From an uncultured Deinococcaceae bacterium (GTDB taxonomy: Bacteria > Deinococcota > Deinococci > Deinococcales > Deinococcaceae): a stretch of 64,000 nt of DNA. Within the stretch, counting starts at the first letter, position 1. Each line of letters opens with the position of its first letter. Where the stretch lies: the NCBI GenBank assembly GCA_964252075.1, contig CAXULY010000010.1, positions 1-64,000 on the forward strand, given 5' to 3'. Positions 38,499 to 48,358 of the stretch are shown piece by piece. Both the position numbers and the translations under genes were made by a program. The notes below the pieces were generated by a model. It was not told the DNA's origin, did no database searches, and worked only from the letters and a program-made list of their open reading frames with translations.

Positions 38499-39155
38499 TC
38501 AGTTCGGGTAGGCGTCCGCGCTGAGCTCCTGGCCGAGCGCGCCCAGGAAGTCCCGCATGACGCCCGCGCGGCGCTCGGCCTCCGCGCGGCCCGCGGCGGT
38601 GTTGAAGCGCTCCGGGAGGCGCAGCAGCTTCGTGAAGAAGTGATCGAGCGTGAAGCGCCCGTCGTCCAGGGGGCGCGACTCGGCCCAGGGGTCGGCGGCG
38701 TCCAGCAGCGCGCGGTCCAGCTTGCCGCCCACCGCCGCGCAGCGCAGCACGCCCAGCGCGCCGAGGGCGTCCAGGCGGTCGGCGTCCTGCAGGGCCGCCG
38801 CGAGGGGCGTTTCCGGCGCCGCGCCCCGCGAGTAACTGTGGTCCCGCACGGCCACCGCGACCTCCTGCGCCTCCGCGTCCGTGAAGCCGCACACCAGCAG
38901 CAGCTCGCGCGCCTGCGCGGCGCTGCGTTCGCTGGCCTGCGCGCGCTCCGGGTGGTCCTTCGGGAGGTTCACGAGGTCGTGCGTGAAGGCCGCCGCGACC
39001 GCGAGGCCCGGCGCGTGCGGCGCGAGCCTCGACGCCCACAGCGCCACGCGCAGGAGGTGCCCGGCGTCGTGCGCGGCGTCCATGGTCATGCGGGCCTGCA
39101 CGGCGTTCCACAGGATGGTGAGGCGGGGGTCGTGGGTGAGCAGGTGAGGCAGCAC
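38499..39155 (-). CDS. HD-domain protein (start uncertain)
   Basis: AHDAGHLLRV, THD and QDADRLDALGALG motifs. Confidence 0.85.
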   Translation of the reverse strand: MLPHLLTHDPRLTILWNAVQARMTMDAAHDAGHLLRVALWASRLAPHAPGLAVAAAFTHDLVNLPKDHPERAQASERSAAQARELLLVCGFTDAEAQEVAVAVRDHSYSRGAAPETPLAAALQDADRLDALGALGVLRCAAVGGKLDRALLDAADPWAESRPLDDGRFTLDHFFTKLLRLPERFNTAAGRAEAERRAGVMRDFLGALGQELSADAYPN

Positions 39156-39349
39156 CAGCGGAGGATACGGTGTTTCCCGGTGTACCCAGGGTAAGGCGCC
39201 TGACGCGCGCGGCGCATCGGCACGCTGGCGGATGCCGCGCGGACGCCCCGCGCGTACCTTGAGGGCAGCCGCCTCCGGCGGCGGTTCGCGCTGAGTCCGG
39301 CCACACTCCTGAATCATCACGCCCGCGCCGCGCGCGGGCCGGAGGCCCC

Positions 39350-39535
39350 ATGCATCACTCCTGGCTGGAATTGACCGTGCGCGTTCAGCGCGCCGAGGAA
39401 CGCCTCACGCACCTGCGCGACGAGGCCACCACCGCGCGCCTGCTCCGCCTGCACCCCTCACGCGCGTGGCAGTGGCGCCTGGGCGGCTGGACGCTGCGCC
39501 TGGAGCGCGCCGCCCAGCGCGCGCGCCCCGCCTAG
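39350..39535 (+). CDS. Small hypothetical protein
   Basis: SD GGAGG 4 nt before ATG. Confidence 0.5.
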   Translation: MHHSWLELTVRVQRAEERLTHLRDEATTARLLRLHPSRAWQWRLGGWTLRLERAAQRARPA

Positions 39536-39560
39536 CGCCGCGCCGTGCGCACGAGGCACG

Positions 39561-40145
39561 TCAGGTGGTGGCGTGCAGCTCGCGCAGCAGGGCGCCTGCC
39601 GCGGTGCGCGCCGCGGCGCGGATGTCCTCGTCACGGTGCGGCGTGCCGGCCGCCGCGCTCACGGCGGCGTTGATGCTGAGAAACGCCATGCGCGCGAGCA
39701 GGCGTCGCGCGGGGCTGGGTTGATCGCCCGTGACGCGCTCGATGATGGCCTCCAGGTGATCGCGGAGGTCGCTCCCGGAGTCCGGCAGGACGCCGCGCAG
39801 GACGGTTGGGTTGGCCGTCACGAAGCGCACACCCTGGAGTTTCTCCTGGGTGTGCGTGTCAATCCAGCGCAGGACCGTGCGGTCCAGCAGGTCCGGCGCG
39901 GGGGGTTGCGCGTCCACCCAGCGCCGCAGGTCGCGCGCCTCGTCGTTGCGGCCCTGCATGATGGCGCGCACGATGTCCTCCTTGCTCCTGAAGTGGTAGT
40001 ACAGGGCGGCCTTGGTGATGCCGAGCACCTCGGCGACCTCACGCAGGGAGGTCGCCTCGTAGCCGTTCGCGGTGAACAGCGCCAGTGCGGCCTGCTGGGC
40101 CGCCGTGCGGGTTTCGCTGCCCCTGCGTTTTGGTGGTTTGGTCAT
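39561..40145 (-). CDS. TetR-family regulator
   Basis: GYEATSLREVAEVLGITKAALYYHFRSKED. Confidence 0.93.
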   Translation of the reverse strand: MTKPPKRRGSETRTAAQQAALALFTANGYEATSLREVAEVLGITKAALYYHFRSKEDIVRAIMQGRNDEARDLRRWVDAQPPAPDLLDRTVLRWIDTHTQEKLQGVRFVTANPTVLRGVLPDSGSDLRDHLEAIIERVTGDQPSPARRLLARMAFLSINAAVSAAAGTPHRDEDIRAAARTAAGALLRELHATT

Positions 40146-40246
40146 GCCCCATTCTACTTGATCCCTAACCGGCCGGCAGGTAAACTCGTCGTGTCTTTGC
40201 CCTCCGGTGCTGTGACCTGGACGGCGGACGCAGAGGAGGTCGGCGC

Positions 40247-40702
40247 ATGACCCACATGGTTCTGGAAACCCTCGGGCTGTTCCTCAGCGGGATGCTGGCG
40301 GGCGGCGAATTCCTGGTGCGGTACGGCCTGCAGCCGGCCCTCACCGCCCTTCCGGACGAAGCGCACCTGCGCGCGCGGCAGGCCCTCATCCGGCAGTTGC
40401 GCGTGCTGGTGCCCGCCCTGATGCTGCCCACCGTGCTGGTCGGCGTGGCGGTCGCGGTGACGGGCGCAGCGGGGCCGGGCGCGGCCTTCCGCTGGGCGGG
40501 CGCCGCCACGCTCATCGCCTTCGTGCTGCTCTCCTTCCTGGGGACCGTGCCCATCAACATCCGCGTGGGTGACTGGCCGGTGCAGGCGCCCCCCAGCAAC
40601 TGGCGGGCCGTCCTTCGGCTGTGGGCGCGCATCGACGTGTTCCGGTCCGCCGCCGCGATGCTCGCCTTCGCCTGCGCCCTGATCGCCGCCGCGCAGCACT
40701 GA
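40247..40702 (+). CDS. DUF1772-like membrane protein
   Basis: Four TMs, VPIN motif; divergent from the TetR gene. Confidence 0.65.
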   Translation: MTHMVLETLGLFLSGMLAGGEFLVRYGLQPALTALPDEAHLRARQALIRQLRVLVPALMLPTVLVGVAVAVTGAAGPGAAFRWAGAATLIAFVLLSFLGTVPINIRVGDWPVQAPPSNWRAVLRLWARIDVFRSAAAMLAFACALIAAAQH

Positions 40703-40766
40703 CGCGCGGCGCCCATTCGCGCCCGGCCCCACCATGCGCGCGCGCGCCGCCTGCCATGCTGGGCGC

Positions 40767-41063
40767 ATGAGTGAAGCAGCGCAGCAGCGCCACGGGGAGT
40801 ACAAGGTGCCGGGCGGGAAGCTGGTCGTGGTGGACCTGCAGGTGCAGGACGGCGCCCTGCGGGCGGTGCAGGTCTCCGGCGACTTCTTTCTGGAGCCGGA
40901 CACCCTGCTGGACACCATCAACGCCGCGCTGGAGGGCGCGCCCGCCGGGCAGGACGAGGGCGCGTACGCGGCGCGCGTGCAGGCGGCCCTCCCGCCCGAC
41001 GGCGTGCTGCTGGGCCTCACGCCCCAGGGCGTGGCGGTGGCGGTCGTGAGGGCGCTCTCGTGA
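40767..41063 (+). CDS. Lipoate-protein ligase accessory (C-terminal-type) domain
   Basis: EYKVPGGKLV and VSGDFFLEP motifs; overlaps lplA. Confidence 0.8.
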   Translation: MSEAAQQRHGEYKVPGGKLVVVDLQVQDGALRAVQVSGDFFLEPDTLLDTINAALEGAPAGQDEGAYAARVQAALPPDGVLLGLTPQGVAVAVVRALS

Positions 41064-41851
41064 CGGGCGCCGGAGTGCAGCGCCGCGACTGGCGGGATTT
41101 CGACTGGGAGGTCCTGCACCCGCCCGCCGTGTCGCCCGCCCTGCACATGGCGCTCGACGAGGTGCTCACGCGGCGCGTGGGGGCGGGCGAGCGGTCCCCC
41201 ACCCTGCGCGTGTGGGAGTGGGAGCGCCGCGCGGTGGCGCTGGGCCGCTACCAGAGCCTGCGCAACGAACTGCAGCCGGAGGGCGTCGAGAAGTACGGTG
41301 TGACGGTCGCGCGGCGTCCCACGGGGGGCGGCGCGATGTTCATCGAGCCGGGGAACACCATCACGTACAGCCTGTACGCGCCGGAGTCGCTGGTGGCGGG
41401 CCTGAGTTTCGTGGACAGCTACGCCTTCCTGGACGCCTGGGCGGTGGACGCGCTGCGCGAGATGGGCGTGAACGCGTGGTACGTGCCCATCAACGACATC
41501 ACGTCCGAGGGCGGGAAGATCGGGGGGGCGGCGCAGGCGCGCTTCGGGGGGGCGGTGCTGCACCACGCGACCCTCGCGTACGACATGAACTCGTCGGCGC
41601 TCACGGAGATCCTGCGGATCGGGCAGGAGAAGCTGTCGGACAAGGGCATCACGAGCGCCGCGAAGCGCGTGGGGCCCATCCGGTTGCAGACGGACCTGCC
41701 GCGCGAGGAGGTTATCAGGCGGATGCTCGCGACCTTCCGCGCGCAGCACGGCGGGCACGACGGGCAGCTGGGCGCCGGGGAGCTGGGCGCGGCGGAACAG
41801 CTGGCCCGAGAGAAGTACGCGACGCCCGAGTGGACTGCCCTGATTCCCTGA
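41060..41851 (+). CDS. lplA: Lipoate-protein ligase A catalytic domain
   Basis: RRPTGGGAMF, NDI, KIGGAAQ and LHHATL motifs. Confidence 0.88.
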   Translation: MTGAGVQRRDWRDFDWEVLHPPAVSPALHMALDEVLTRRVGAGERSPTLRVWEWERRAVALGRYQSLRNELQPEGVEKYGVTVARRPTGGGAMFIEPGNTITYSLYAPESLVAGLSFVDSYAFLDAWAVDALREMGVNAWYVPINDITSEGGKIGGAAQARFGGAVLHHATLAYDMNSSALTEILRIGQEKLSDKGITSAAKRVGPIRLQTDLPREEVIRRMLATFRAQHGGHDGQLGAGELGAAEQLAREKYATPEWTALIP

Positions 41852-41856
41852 GCGGG

Positions 41857-41922
41857 CATAAAAAAAGCCGCCCTCTCAGGCGGTGATGGACAAATGATAG
41901 CGCGGTATGCACGCACCGTCAA
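41857..41922 (-). repeat. Promoter-hairpin-U7 cassette, copy 1
   Basis: TTGACG-17-TATCAT-6-ATCACCGCCTGAGAGGGCGGCTTTTTTT. Confidence 0.8.
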
Positions 41923-41924
41923 AC

Positions 41925-43079
41925 TTATGCGCGCCCGGCGGCCTCCGATGGGATCGCCGGGCGCGGTTGCGTGGCGCGCACCGCGAAGTTCACCAGCAGG
42001 CCCAGCAGCGCGAAGGCCGCCAGCGCGAGCGGCACGGCGCCCAGCCCGGAGCGCGCGAGCAGCAGCCCCACCAGCGGCGGCCCGAACGCCGCCCCGAAGC
42101 CGCTGCCCAGCAGGCCCAGGTTCACGAAGCGTTCCGGCACGCGCGTGACCAGCCACGCCACGCCCGCCATGTAGATGGGCGCCATGCTGAACCCCAGCAG
42201 CACGTACGCGGGCAGCCGCAGGGCAGGGATGGCACTGCACAGGGCGAACACCACGCACAGGCCCTGGCTGAGCGCCGCAAGCCGCCCGGGCGGGACGCGC
42301 TGCGCGAGGGGCGCGCTCACAATGCGGCCCAGCGTGAACGCCACCCAGAACACGCTGACCAGCGCCGTCGCGCGCGTGAGGCCGAAGGTGGGCGTGAGGT
42401 GGCGCGCCATCCAGCCGCTCGCACTCGTCTCCATCGCGACGTACAGGAACAGCAGCAGGTTGAAGAGTGCAATGGGCAGCCACGGGGCGCGCCCGGCGGG
42501 CGCCGCCTGCTCGGTCGCGTCCCCCAGGTCGCGCGGGAAGGCGCGCGCGAAGAGCGACACCAGCAGCAGCGCCACCCCGAGCAGGCCGTAGAGCAGCGTC
42601 ACGCCGCGCGGCGCGAGCCACGCCACCGCGAGGGGCGCCAGAATGGCGCCCACCCCGAACATGGCATTGGCGAGGTTGAGACCGGCGCGCGCGCCGATCC
42701 GCGCGAGGCTGAAGTTCCCCACAACCGTCACGAAGCCGTACCCGAGGCCCACCACGAAGGCGCCCAGGAGCACCATGGGCCAGTTCAGGCCCGCCGCCAT
42801 GAGCGCGAGGCCCAGCACCATCAAGAGCAGCGCGCCCAGCAGCGTGGCGCGCAGACCCACGCGGCGGATGAGGGGTCCGCTCAGCAGGACGCTCACGAAC
42901 ATCGCGATGAACGTCGCGGTGTACACGCGCGCGACATCCACCTCCGTGACGTGGAAGCGCGCCTCGAAGCCGGGGAAGGAGGGTCCGTAACTGGCCTGCA
43001 CCATGCCCATCAGCAGGAAGGTCACGCCGATCAGCCAGAACATGCTGCGCCCCGAGGGGTGCGCGGAGAGGCCCGTCAT
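41925..43079 (-). CDS. MFS transporter (start uncertain)
   Basis: About 12 TMs; MFGVGAILAP and AFTLGR motifs. Confidence 0.8.
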   Translation of the reverse strand: MTGLSAHPSGRSMFWLIGVTFLLMGMVQASYGPSFPGFEARFHVTEVDVARVYTATFIAMFVSVLLSGPLIRRVGLRATLLGALLLMVLGLALMAAGLNWPMVLLGAFVVGLGYGFVTVVGNFSLARIGARAGLNLANAMFGVGAILAPLAVAWLAPRGVTLLYGLLGVALLLVSLFARAFPRDLGDATEQAAPAGRAPWLPIALFNLLLFLYVAMETSASGWMARHLTPTFGLTRATALVSVFWVAFTLGRIVSAPLAQRVPPGRLAALSQGLCVVFALCSAIPALRLPAYVLLGFSMAPIYMAGVAWLVTRVPERFVNLGLLGSGFGAAFGPPLVGLLLARSGLGAVPLALAAFALLGLLVNFAVRATQPRPAIPSEAAGRA

Positions 43080-43203
43080 GCGGGAAGGAGGGTCCGGGTG
43101 GGTGGGGAGCGGCGAATCACCCACCGACTCTACACACCCGCGCGGCGCGCGAAGCGTGAGCGTACAGGCAGATGCCAGGCGCCCAACCGGGAACACTGCA
43201 CGC

Positions 43204-44085
43204 ATGACACAAGCAGCGAACGGTCGGCATGTGGTGGTCACCGGAGCGGCGGGGCGTGCGGGTCAGGCGGTCGTGCCGCACCTGCGTGCGCAGGGCTACG
43301 ACGTGACCGCCGTGGACCTCACGAAGTACACGGCGCCCGGTGGGGACCTGCCGGGCGCCCTGCGCGCGGCCCTGCAGGCGGACCTCACGAACCTCGGGGA
43401 GACCATGGAGGTGCTGGCGGGCGCGCACGCCGTGGTGCATCTCGCGAACATCCCCGCGCCGGGCCTCTTCGCGCCCACCCGGACCTTCACGGAGAACGTT
43501 GGCATGAATTACAACGTGTTCGCGGCGGCGCAAGCGCTTGGCCTCGCGCGCGTGGTGTGGGCGAGCAGCGAGACCACCTTGGGTCTGCCCTTCGACACCG
43601 CGCCGCGCTACGCACCCGTGGATGAGGCGCATTACCCGGTGCCGGAGAGCAGCTACGCGCTGAGCAAGGTCGTGACGGAAACCATGGCGGAGCAGTTCGC
43701 GCGGCACACTGGCGTGCCGTTCGTGGCGCTGCGCTTCTCGAACATCCTGGGGCCCGACGACTACCGCCGCTTCCCGGAACTCGCGTGGCCGGACGCGCAG
43801 GCCCGCAAGTGGAACCTGTGGGGCTACATCGACGAGCGGGACGTGGCGCTCTCGTGCCAGCGCGCGCTGGAGGCGGACGTGCAGGGCGCGCGCAGTTACA
43901 TCATCGCGGCGGCAGACACCGTCATGAACCGCCCCTCACGCGACCTGCTGGCGGAAATCTACCCGGGCGTACCCGTGCAGGGTGAGCTGGGGGAGTTCGA
44001 GACGCTGCTGAGCATCGCGCGGGCGCGCGCGGAGCTGGGCTTCGAGCCGCAGCACAGCTGGCGCGACACCGTCACGGAGTCATAA
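43204..44085 (+). CDS. NAD-dependent epimerase/dehydratase
   Basis: VTGAAGRAG, VVHLA and YALSK motifs. Confidence 0.88.
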   Translation: MTQAANGRHVVVTGAAGRAGQAVVPHLRAQGYDVTAVDLTKYTAPGGDLPGALRAALQADLTNLGETMEVLAGAHAVVHLANIPAPGLFAPTRTFTENVGMNYNVFAAAQALGLARVVWASSETTLGLPFDTAPRYAPVDEAHYPVPESSYALSKVVTETMAEQFARHTGVPFVALRFSNILGPDDYRRFPELAWPDAQARKWNLWGYIDERDVALSCQRALEADVQGARSYIIAAADTVMNRPSRDLLAEIYPGVPVQGELGEFETLLSIARARAELGFEPQHSWRDTVTES

Positions 44086-44146
44086 AAAAAGCCGCCCTCT
44101 CGGGCGGTGATAAGGAAAGGATAGCGCGGTATGCAGCCTGAGTCAA
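44081..44146 (-). repeat. Promoter-hairpin-U7 cassette, copy 2
   Basis: TTGACT-17-TATCCT-6-ATCACCGCCCGAGAGGGCGGCTTTTTTT. Confidence 0.8.
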
Positions 44147-44222
44147 CGCATGCAGGCGGATTCCTGTCCCCAGCGTGCGTGCTAGCCTCGGGCCAGCGGT
44201 TCGGCAGAACCGGGGAGCTACC

Positions 44223-45104
44223 GTGGCGATTCGCAGCGCAATCTTCAGCCTTCTGCTCGGTCTGGTGGTGCTGGCCCTCAAGGGCGGCGCCTGGCTGCTG
44301 ACCGGCAGCGTCGCGCTGTATTCCGACGCGCTGGAGAGCGTCATCAACGTGGTGGCGGCGGGGGTCGCCGTGACGGCCCTGTGGGTCGCGCGCCGCCCCG
44401 CGGACGACAACCACCCCTACGGGCACCAGAAGGCCGAGTACTTCAGCGCCGTGCTGGAGGGCGCGCTCATCATCTTCGCGTCCATCAACATCATCATCAC
44501 GGCGGTGCGGGACCTGCAGCGCCCCGCGCAGCTGGAGGGCCTCGGGGTGGGTTTGCTGGTGTCGGGCGCCGCGACGCTCATCAATCTGTTTTACGGCCTG
44601 TACCTGCTACGCGTCGGGCGGCGCCTGCGCTCCCCGGCGCTCACCGCGGACGGCAAGCACCTCATGAGTGACGTCGTGACGAGCGCGGGCGTGCTGGTCG
44701 GCGTGGGGCTCGTGGCGCTCACGGGCTGGCGGGCCCTCGACCCGATCTTCGCGATTCTGGTGGCGCTGAACATTCTGTGGGTCGGGTACCGCCTCGTGCA
44801 GAGCAGCCTGAACAGCCTGCTGGACGAGGCCGCGCCGCCGGACGTGCAGGCGGAGATCAAGCGCCTCGTGAGCCGCCACGCGGACGGCGCGCTGGAGGCG
44901 CACGACTTCCGCACGCGCCACGCGGGCAGCATCACCTTCATTGACTTTCACCTCGTGGTGCCGGGCGAGATGAGCGTGCAGGAGGCGCACGCCATCTGCG
45001 ACCGCCTGGAGTCCATCATCGAGGCGCAGATCCCGGAGAGCGAAGTGACCATTCACGTCGAGCCGGAAAGCAAAGCGAAGCACCACGGCATCGTGATCGT
45101 GTGA
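44223..45104 (+). CDS. Cation diffusion facilitator transporter
   Basis: SDALES, HPYGHQKAEY, HLMSD and TIHVEP motifs. Confidence 0.93.
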   Translation: MAIRSAIFSLLLGLVVLALKGGAWLLTGSVALYSDALESVINVVAAGVAVTALWVARRPADDNHPYGHQKAEYFSAVLEGALIIFASINIIITAVRDLQRPAQLEGLGVGLLVSGAATLINLFYGLYLLRVGRRLRSPALTADGKHLMSDVVTSAGVLVGVGLVALTGWRALDPIFAILVALNILWVGYRLVQSSLNSLLDEAAPPDVQAEIKRLVSRHADGALEAHDFRTRHAGSITFIDFHLVVPGEMSVQEAHAICDRLESIIEAQIPESEVTIHVEPESKAKHHGIVIV

Positions 45105-45145
45105 CGCCGCAACCCCGCGCGCGCCCGGCGCGTACCTGAGGGCAC

Positions 45146-45643
45146 ATGACGCTCGCCTTCGTGGTGTTTCTGGTGGTCTGGCTGGTCGGCATGGTGGGCA
45201 CCTTCATTCCCGCGCTGCCCGCCACGCTCATCATTTTCCTCGGGACGGTCGCCGCGACCTTCATTGACGGCTTCTCGTGGTGGCCGGACCTGCCGTTCCT
45301 GCTGGGCGTGGGCCTCGTGACGCTCATGGTGGGGCTGGTGGACAACGTGGCGTCCGCGTGGGGCGCGCGCAAGTACGGCGGCAGCCGCCAGGCGGTGTGG
45401 GGCGCCTTGATCGGCGGGATCGTGGGCATTGTCCTGCCGTTCGGGCTGGTGGTGGGGCCGCTCGGGGGCGCGCTCGTCGCGGAACTGCTGGTGGTGCGCA
45501 AGCCTCTGCCGGAGGCGCTGCGCGCCGCGTGGGGTACCTTCCTGGGCCTGCTGGCGGGCGTCGCCGCGAAGTTCGTGCTGCACGGCCTGATCGGCGCGTT
45601 CGAGCTGTGGCGCCTGTGGAACCCGGAGCGCGCGCTGATCTGA
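45146..45643 (+). CDS. DUF456-like membrane protein
   Basis: IPALP and GARKYGGSR motifs. Confidence 0.75.
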   Translation: MTLAFVVFLVVWLVGMVGTFIPALPATLIIFLGTVAATFIDGFSWWPDLPFLLGVGLVTLMVGLVDNVASAWGARKYGGSRQAVWGALIGGIVGIVLPFGLVVGPLGGALVAELLVVRKPLPEALRAAWGTFLGLLAGVAAKFVLHGLIGAFELWRLWNPERALI

Positions 45644-45652
45644 GCTCCAGGC

Positions 45653-46969
45653 CTACTTCCCCACGCAGAAGTTCGCGAACACCGCGTCCAGCACGTCGTC
45701 CGGCACGCTGCGCCCGGTGAGTTCCGCGAGGGCCGTGAGGGCCTCCTCCAGCTCGATGCCCGCGAGGTCGTCCGGGAGGACGCGGGCGGCCTGCACGTGC
45801 GCGAGCGCGCGCCGCGCGGCGTCCGCCTGCCGCTCGCTGCCCAGCCACACCTCGCTGTGCGCCGCGTCCCCCAGCAGGCGCTCCGCGAGGGCCGCGCGCA
45901 ACGCCGGGAGGCCCTCGCCCGTCACGGCGCTCACGTCCAGGCTCGCGGGGTCCCGCCACGCGGCGGGCAGGTCCACCTTGGTGCGCAGGCGCAGCGCGCG
46001 CTCGGGCGGCAGGTCGTGCGGCGGCGCCTCACGCGGGACGCTGCCGTCCTCCAGCACCAGCACGAGGTCCGCGGCGTCCGCGAGGCGCCGCGCCTGCACC
46101 ACGCCCGCCGCCTCGATGGTGTCCGCCGTGTCGCGCAGGCCCGCCGTATCGATCAGGGTGATGGGCAGGCCCAGCAACTCCAGCCCGGCCTCCAGGTAAT
46201 CGCGGGTGGTGCCGGGCGTGGCGGTCACGATGCTGCGCTCGTACCCCAGCAGGGCGTTCAGGAGGCTGCTCTTCCCCGCGTTCGGGCGACCGATGAGCGC
46301 GAGGCGCGCGCCCCGGCTCGCGAGGCGCCCCGCGCGGGACGTCGCGACGAGCGCCGCGAGGTCCGCCTCCGCCTCCCGCAGCGGCCCCTCGCGGTCCTCC
46401 TCCGGCACGCCCTCCTCCGGGTAGTCCAGCAGCGCGGAGAGCGCCGCCAGCACGCGCGTGAGGCGCGCCGCGATGCCCTCCACACGCCGCGTGAGCGCCC
46501 CCGCAAGGCCCAGGCTGCCCTGGCGGCGCGCGCTGTCCGTCTGCGCGTTCACGAGCGCCAGCACGGACTCCGCCTGCGCGAGGTCCAGCCGCCCCGCGAG
46601 GTACGCCCGCAGGGTGAACTCGCCGGGCCGCGCGACCCGCGCGCCCGCCGCGAGCGCCTCCGCGAGCAGGCGCTCCAGCACGGCGGGACTGCCATGCACC
46701 TGGAACTCCACGGCGTCCTCGCCCGTGTAGCTGTGCGGCGCGCGGTACACCAGGCACAGCCCGTCATCCAGCGTCTCACCCCGCGCGTCCACGAAGTACC
46801 CATGCAGGAAACGACCGCCAGGCGTGGCGCTCGGCGCGCGCCGCCCCCGGAAGAGCCCGTCCGCCACCCCCAGCGCGTCCGGCCCGCTCACCCGCACGAT
46901 GCCGATGGCGCCCGTGCCGGGCGCGCTCGCGACGGCGGCGATGGTGTCAGTCAGGCCCAGACGCGACAT
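45653..46969 (-). CDS. mnmE: tRNA modification GTPase MnmE
   Basis: [33 protein letters not shown] and C-terminal FCVGK. Confidence 0.96.
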   Translation of the reverse strand: MSRLGLTDTIAAVASAPGTGAIGIVRVSGPDALGVADGLFRGRRAPSATPGGRFLHGYFVDARGETLDDGLCLVYRAPHSYTGEDAVEFQVHGSPAVLERLLAEALAAGARVARPGEFTLRAYLAGRLDLAQAESVLALVNAQTDSARRQGSLGLAGALTRRVEGIAARLTRVLAALSALLDYPEEGVPEEDREGPLREAEADLAALVATSRAGRLASRGARLALIGRPNAGKSSLLNALLGYERSIVTATPGTTRDYLEAGLELLGLPITLIDTAGLRDTADTIEAAGVVQARRLADAADLVLVLEDGSVPREAPPHDLPPERALRLRTKVDLPAAWRDPASLDVSAVTGEGLPALRAALAERLLGDAAHSEVWLGSERQADAARRALAHVQAARVLPDDLAGIELEEALTALAELTGRSVPDDVLDAVFANFCVGK

Positions 46970-47044
46970 GGGGCACAGCATAGCGAGCGCACCCCGCCCA
47001 CGAAGGGGCAGGGCGCCACCTTCGCGGGCGGGGGATTCAGGCGC

Positions 47045-47623
<579 letters not shown>

Positions 47624-47863
47624 GGCAGCCTCCCAAAACGAAAAAATCCCCTCAAACACACGCTGGTGCCTGGGAGGAGGAACGGAGAGTACCCTGTTCA
47701 GGGCATGGGAAAAGTGTAGCAGGGACGCCGCGCTCAGAATGCGAATCTGCTCAGGATCGGCGTCCGGACCTTCATGGAACGCGGTGGGGCGCGGGCGCCT
47801 CCCGGCGGGAGCCAGCTGGGCGAGCCGCGGCCCTCAGCGCACCGCCGTTCTATGCTGCCGGGC

Positions 47864-48358
47864 ATGACCTTCCTCAAGCCCGCCCGCCTGCAGCCGGGCG
47901 ACACCGTGGCCGCCGTGAGCCTGTCCAGCGGCCTCGTGAGCGAGGTGCCCGGTCGGTTCGAGGTGGCGCGGCGGCAGGTGCGCGAGACCTTCGGGCTGGA
48001 GGTGCGTCCCGCCCCGAACGCCCTGCGCGGCCCGGAGTTCCTGGACCGGAACCCACAGGCGCGCGCGGACGACCTGCACTGGGCCCTCACGCAGACGGAC
48101 GTGCGCGGCATCCTGAGCGTCATCGGCGGGGACGACTCGGTGCGCCTGCTGCCGCACCTCGACCTCTCCCTCGTGCGCGCGCACCCGAAGGTGTTCATGG
48201 GGTTCTCGGACACCACCGTGACCCTGCTGCAGTTCCTGCGGGCGGGCGTCACGGCCTTCTACGGCCCGGCCCTCCTGAGCACCCTGTCGGTCATAGCACG
48301 CTTCATGTGGGGGGCGGGTCCAGCCGCACGGACAGTTCGCCTACGTCGTTCACGGTGA
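47864..48358 (+). pseudogene. S66 peptidase (LD-carboxypeptidase/MccF-like), 5' fragment interrupted by the prophage
   Basis: LQPGDTVAAVSLS, RADDL, IGGDDS, KVFMGFSD and FYGP motifs; similarity stops near 48278 and the rest of the frame overlaps the integrase. Confidence 0.8.

Noticed and set aside
40767..41851. Split lipoate ligase as a frameshifted pseudogene
   Set aside because: Clean GTGA coupling between the two ORFs; two-gene or permuted LplA arrangements are known.
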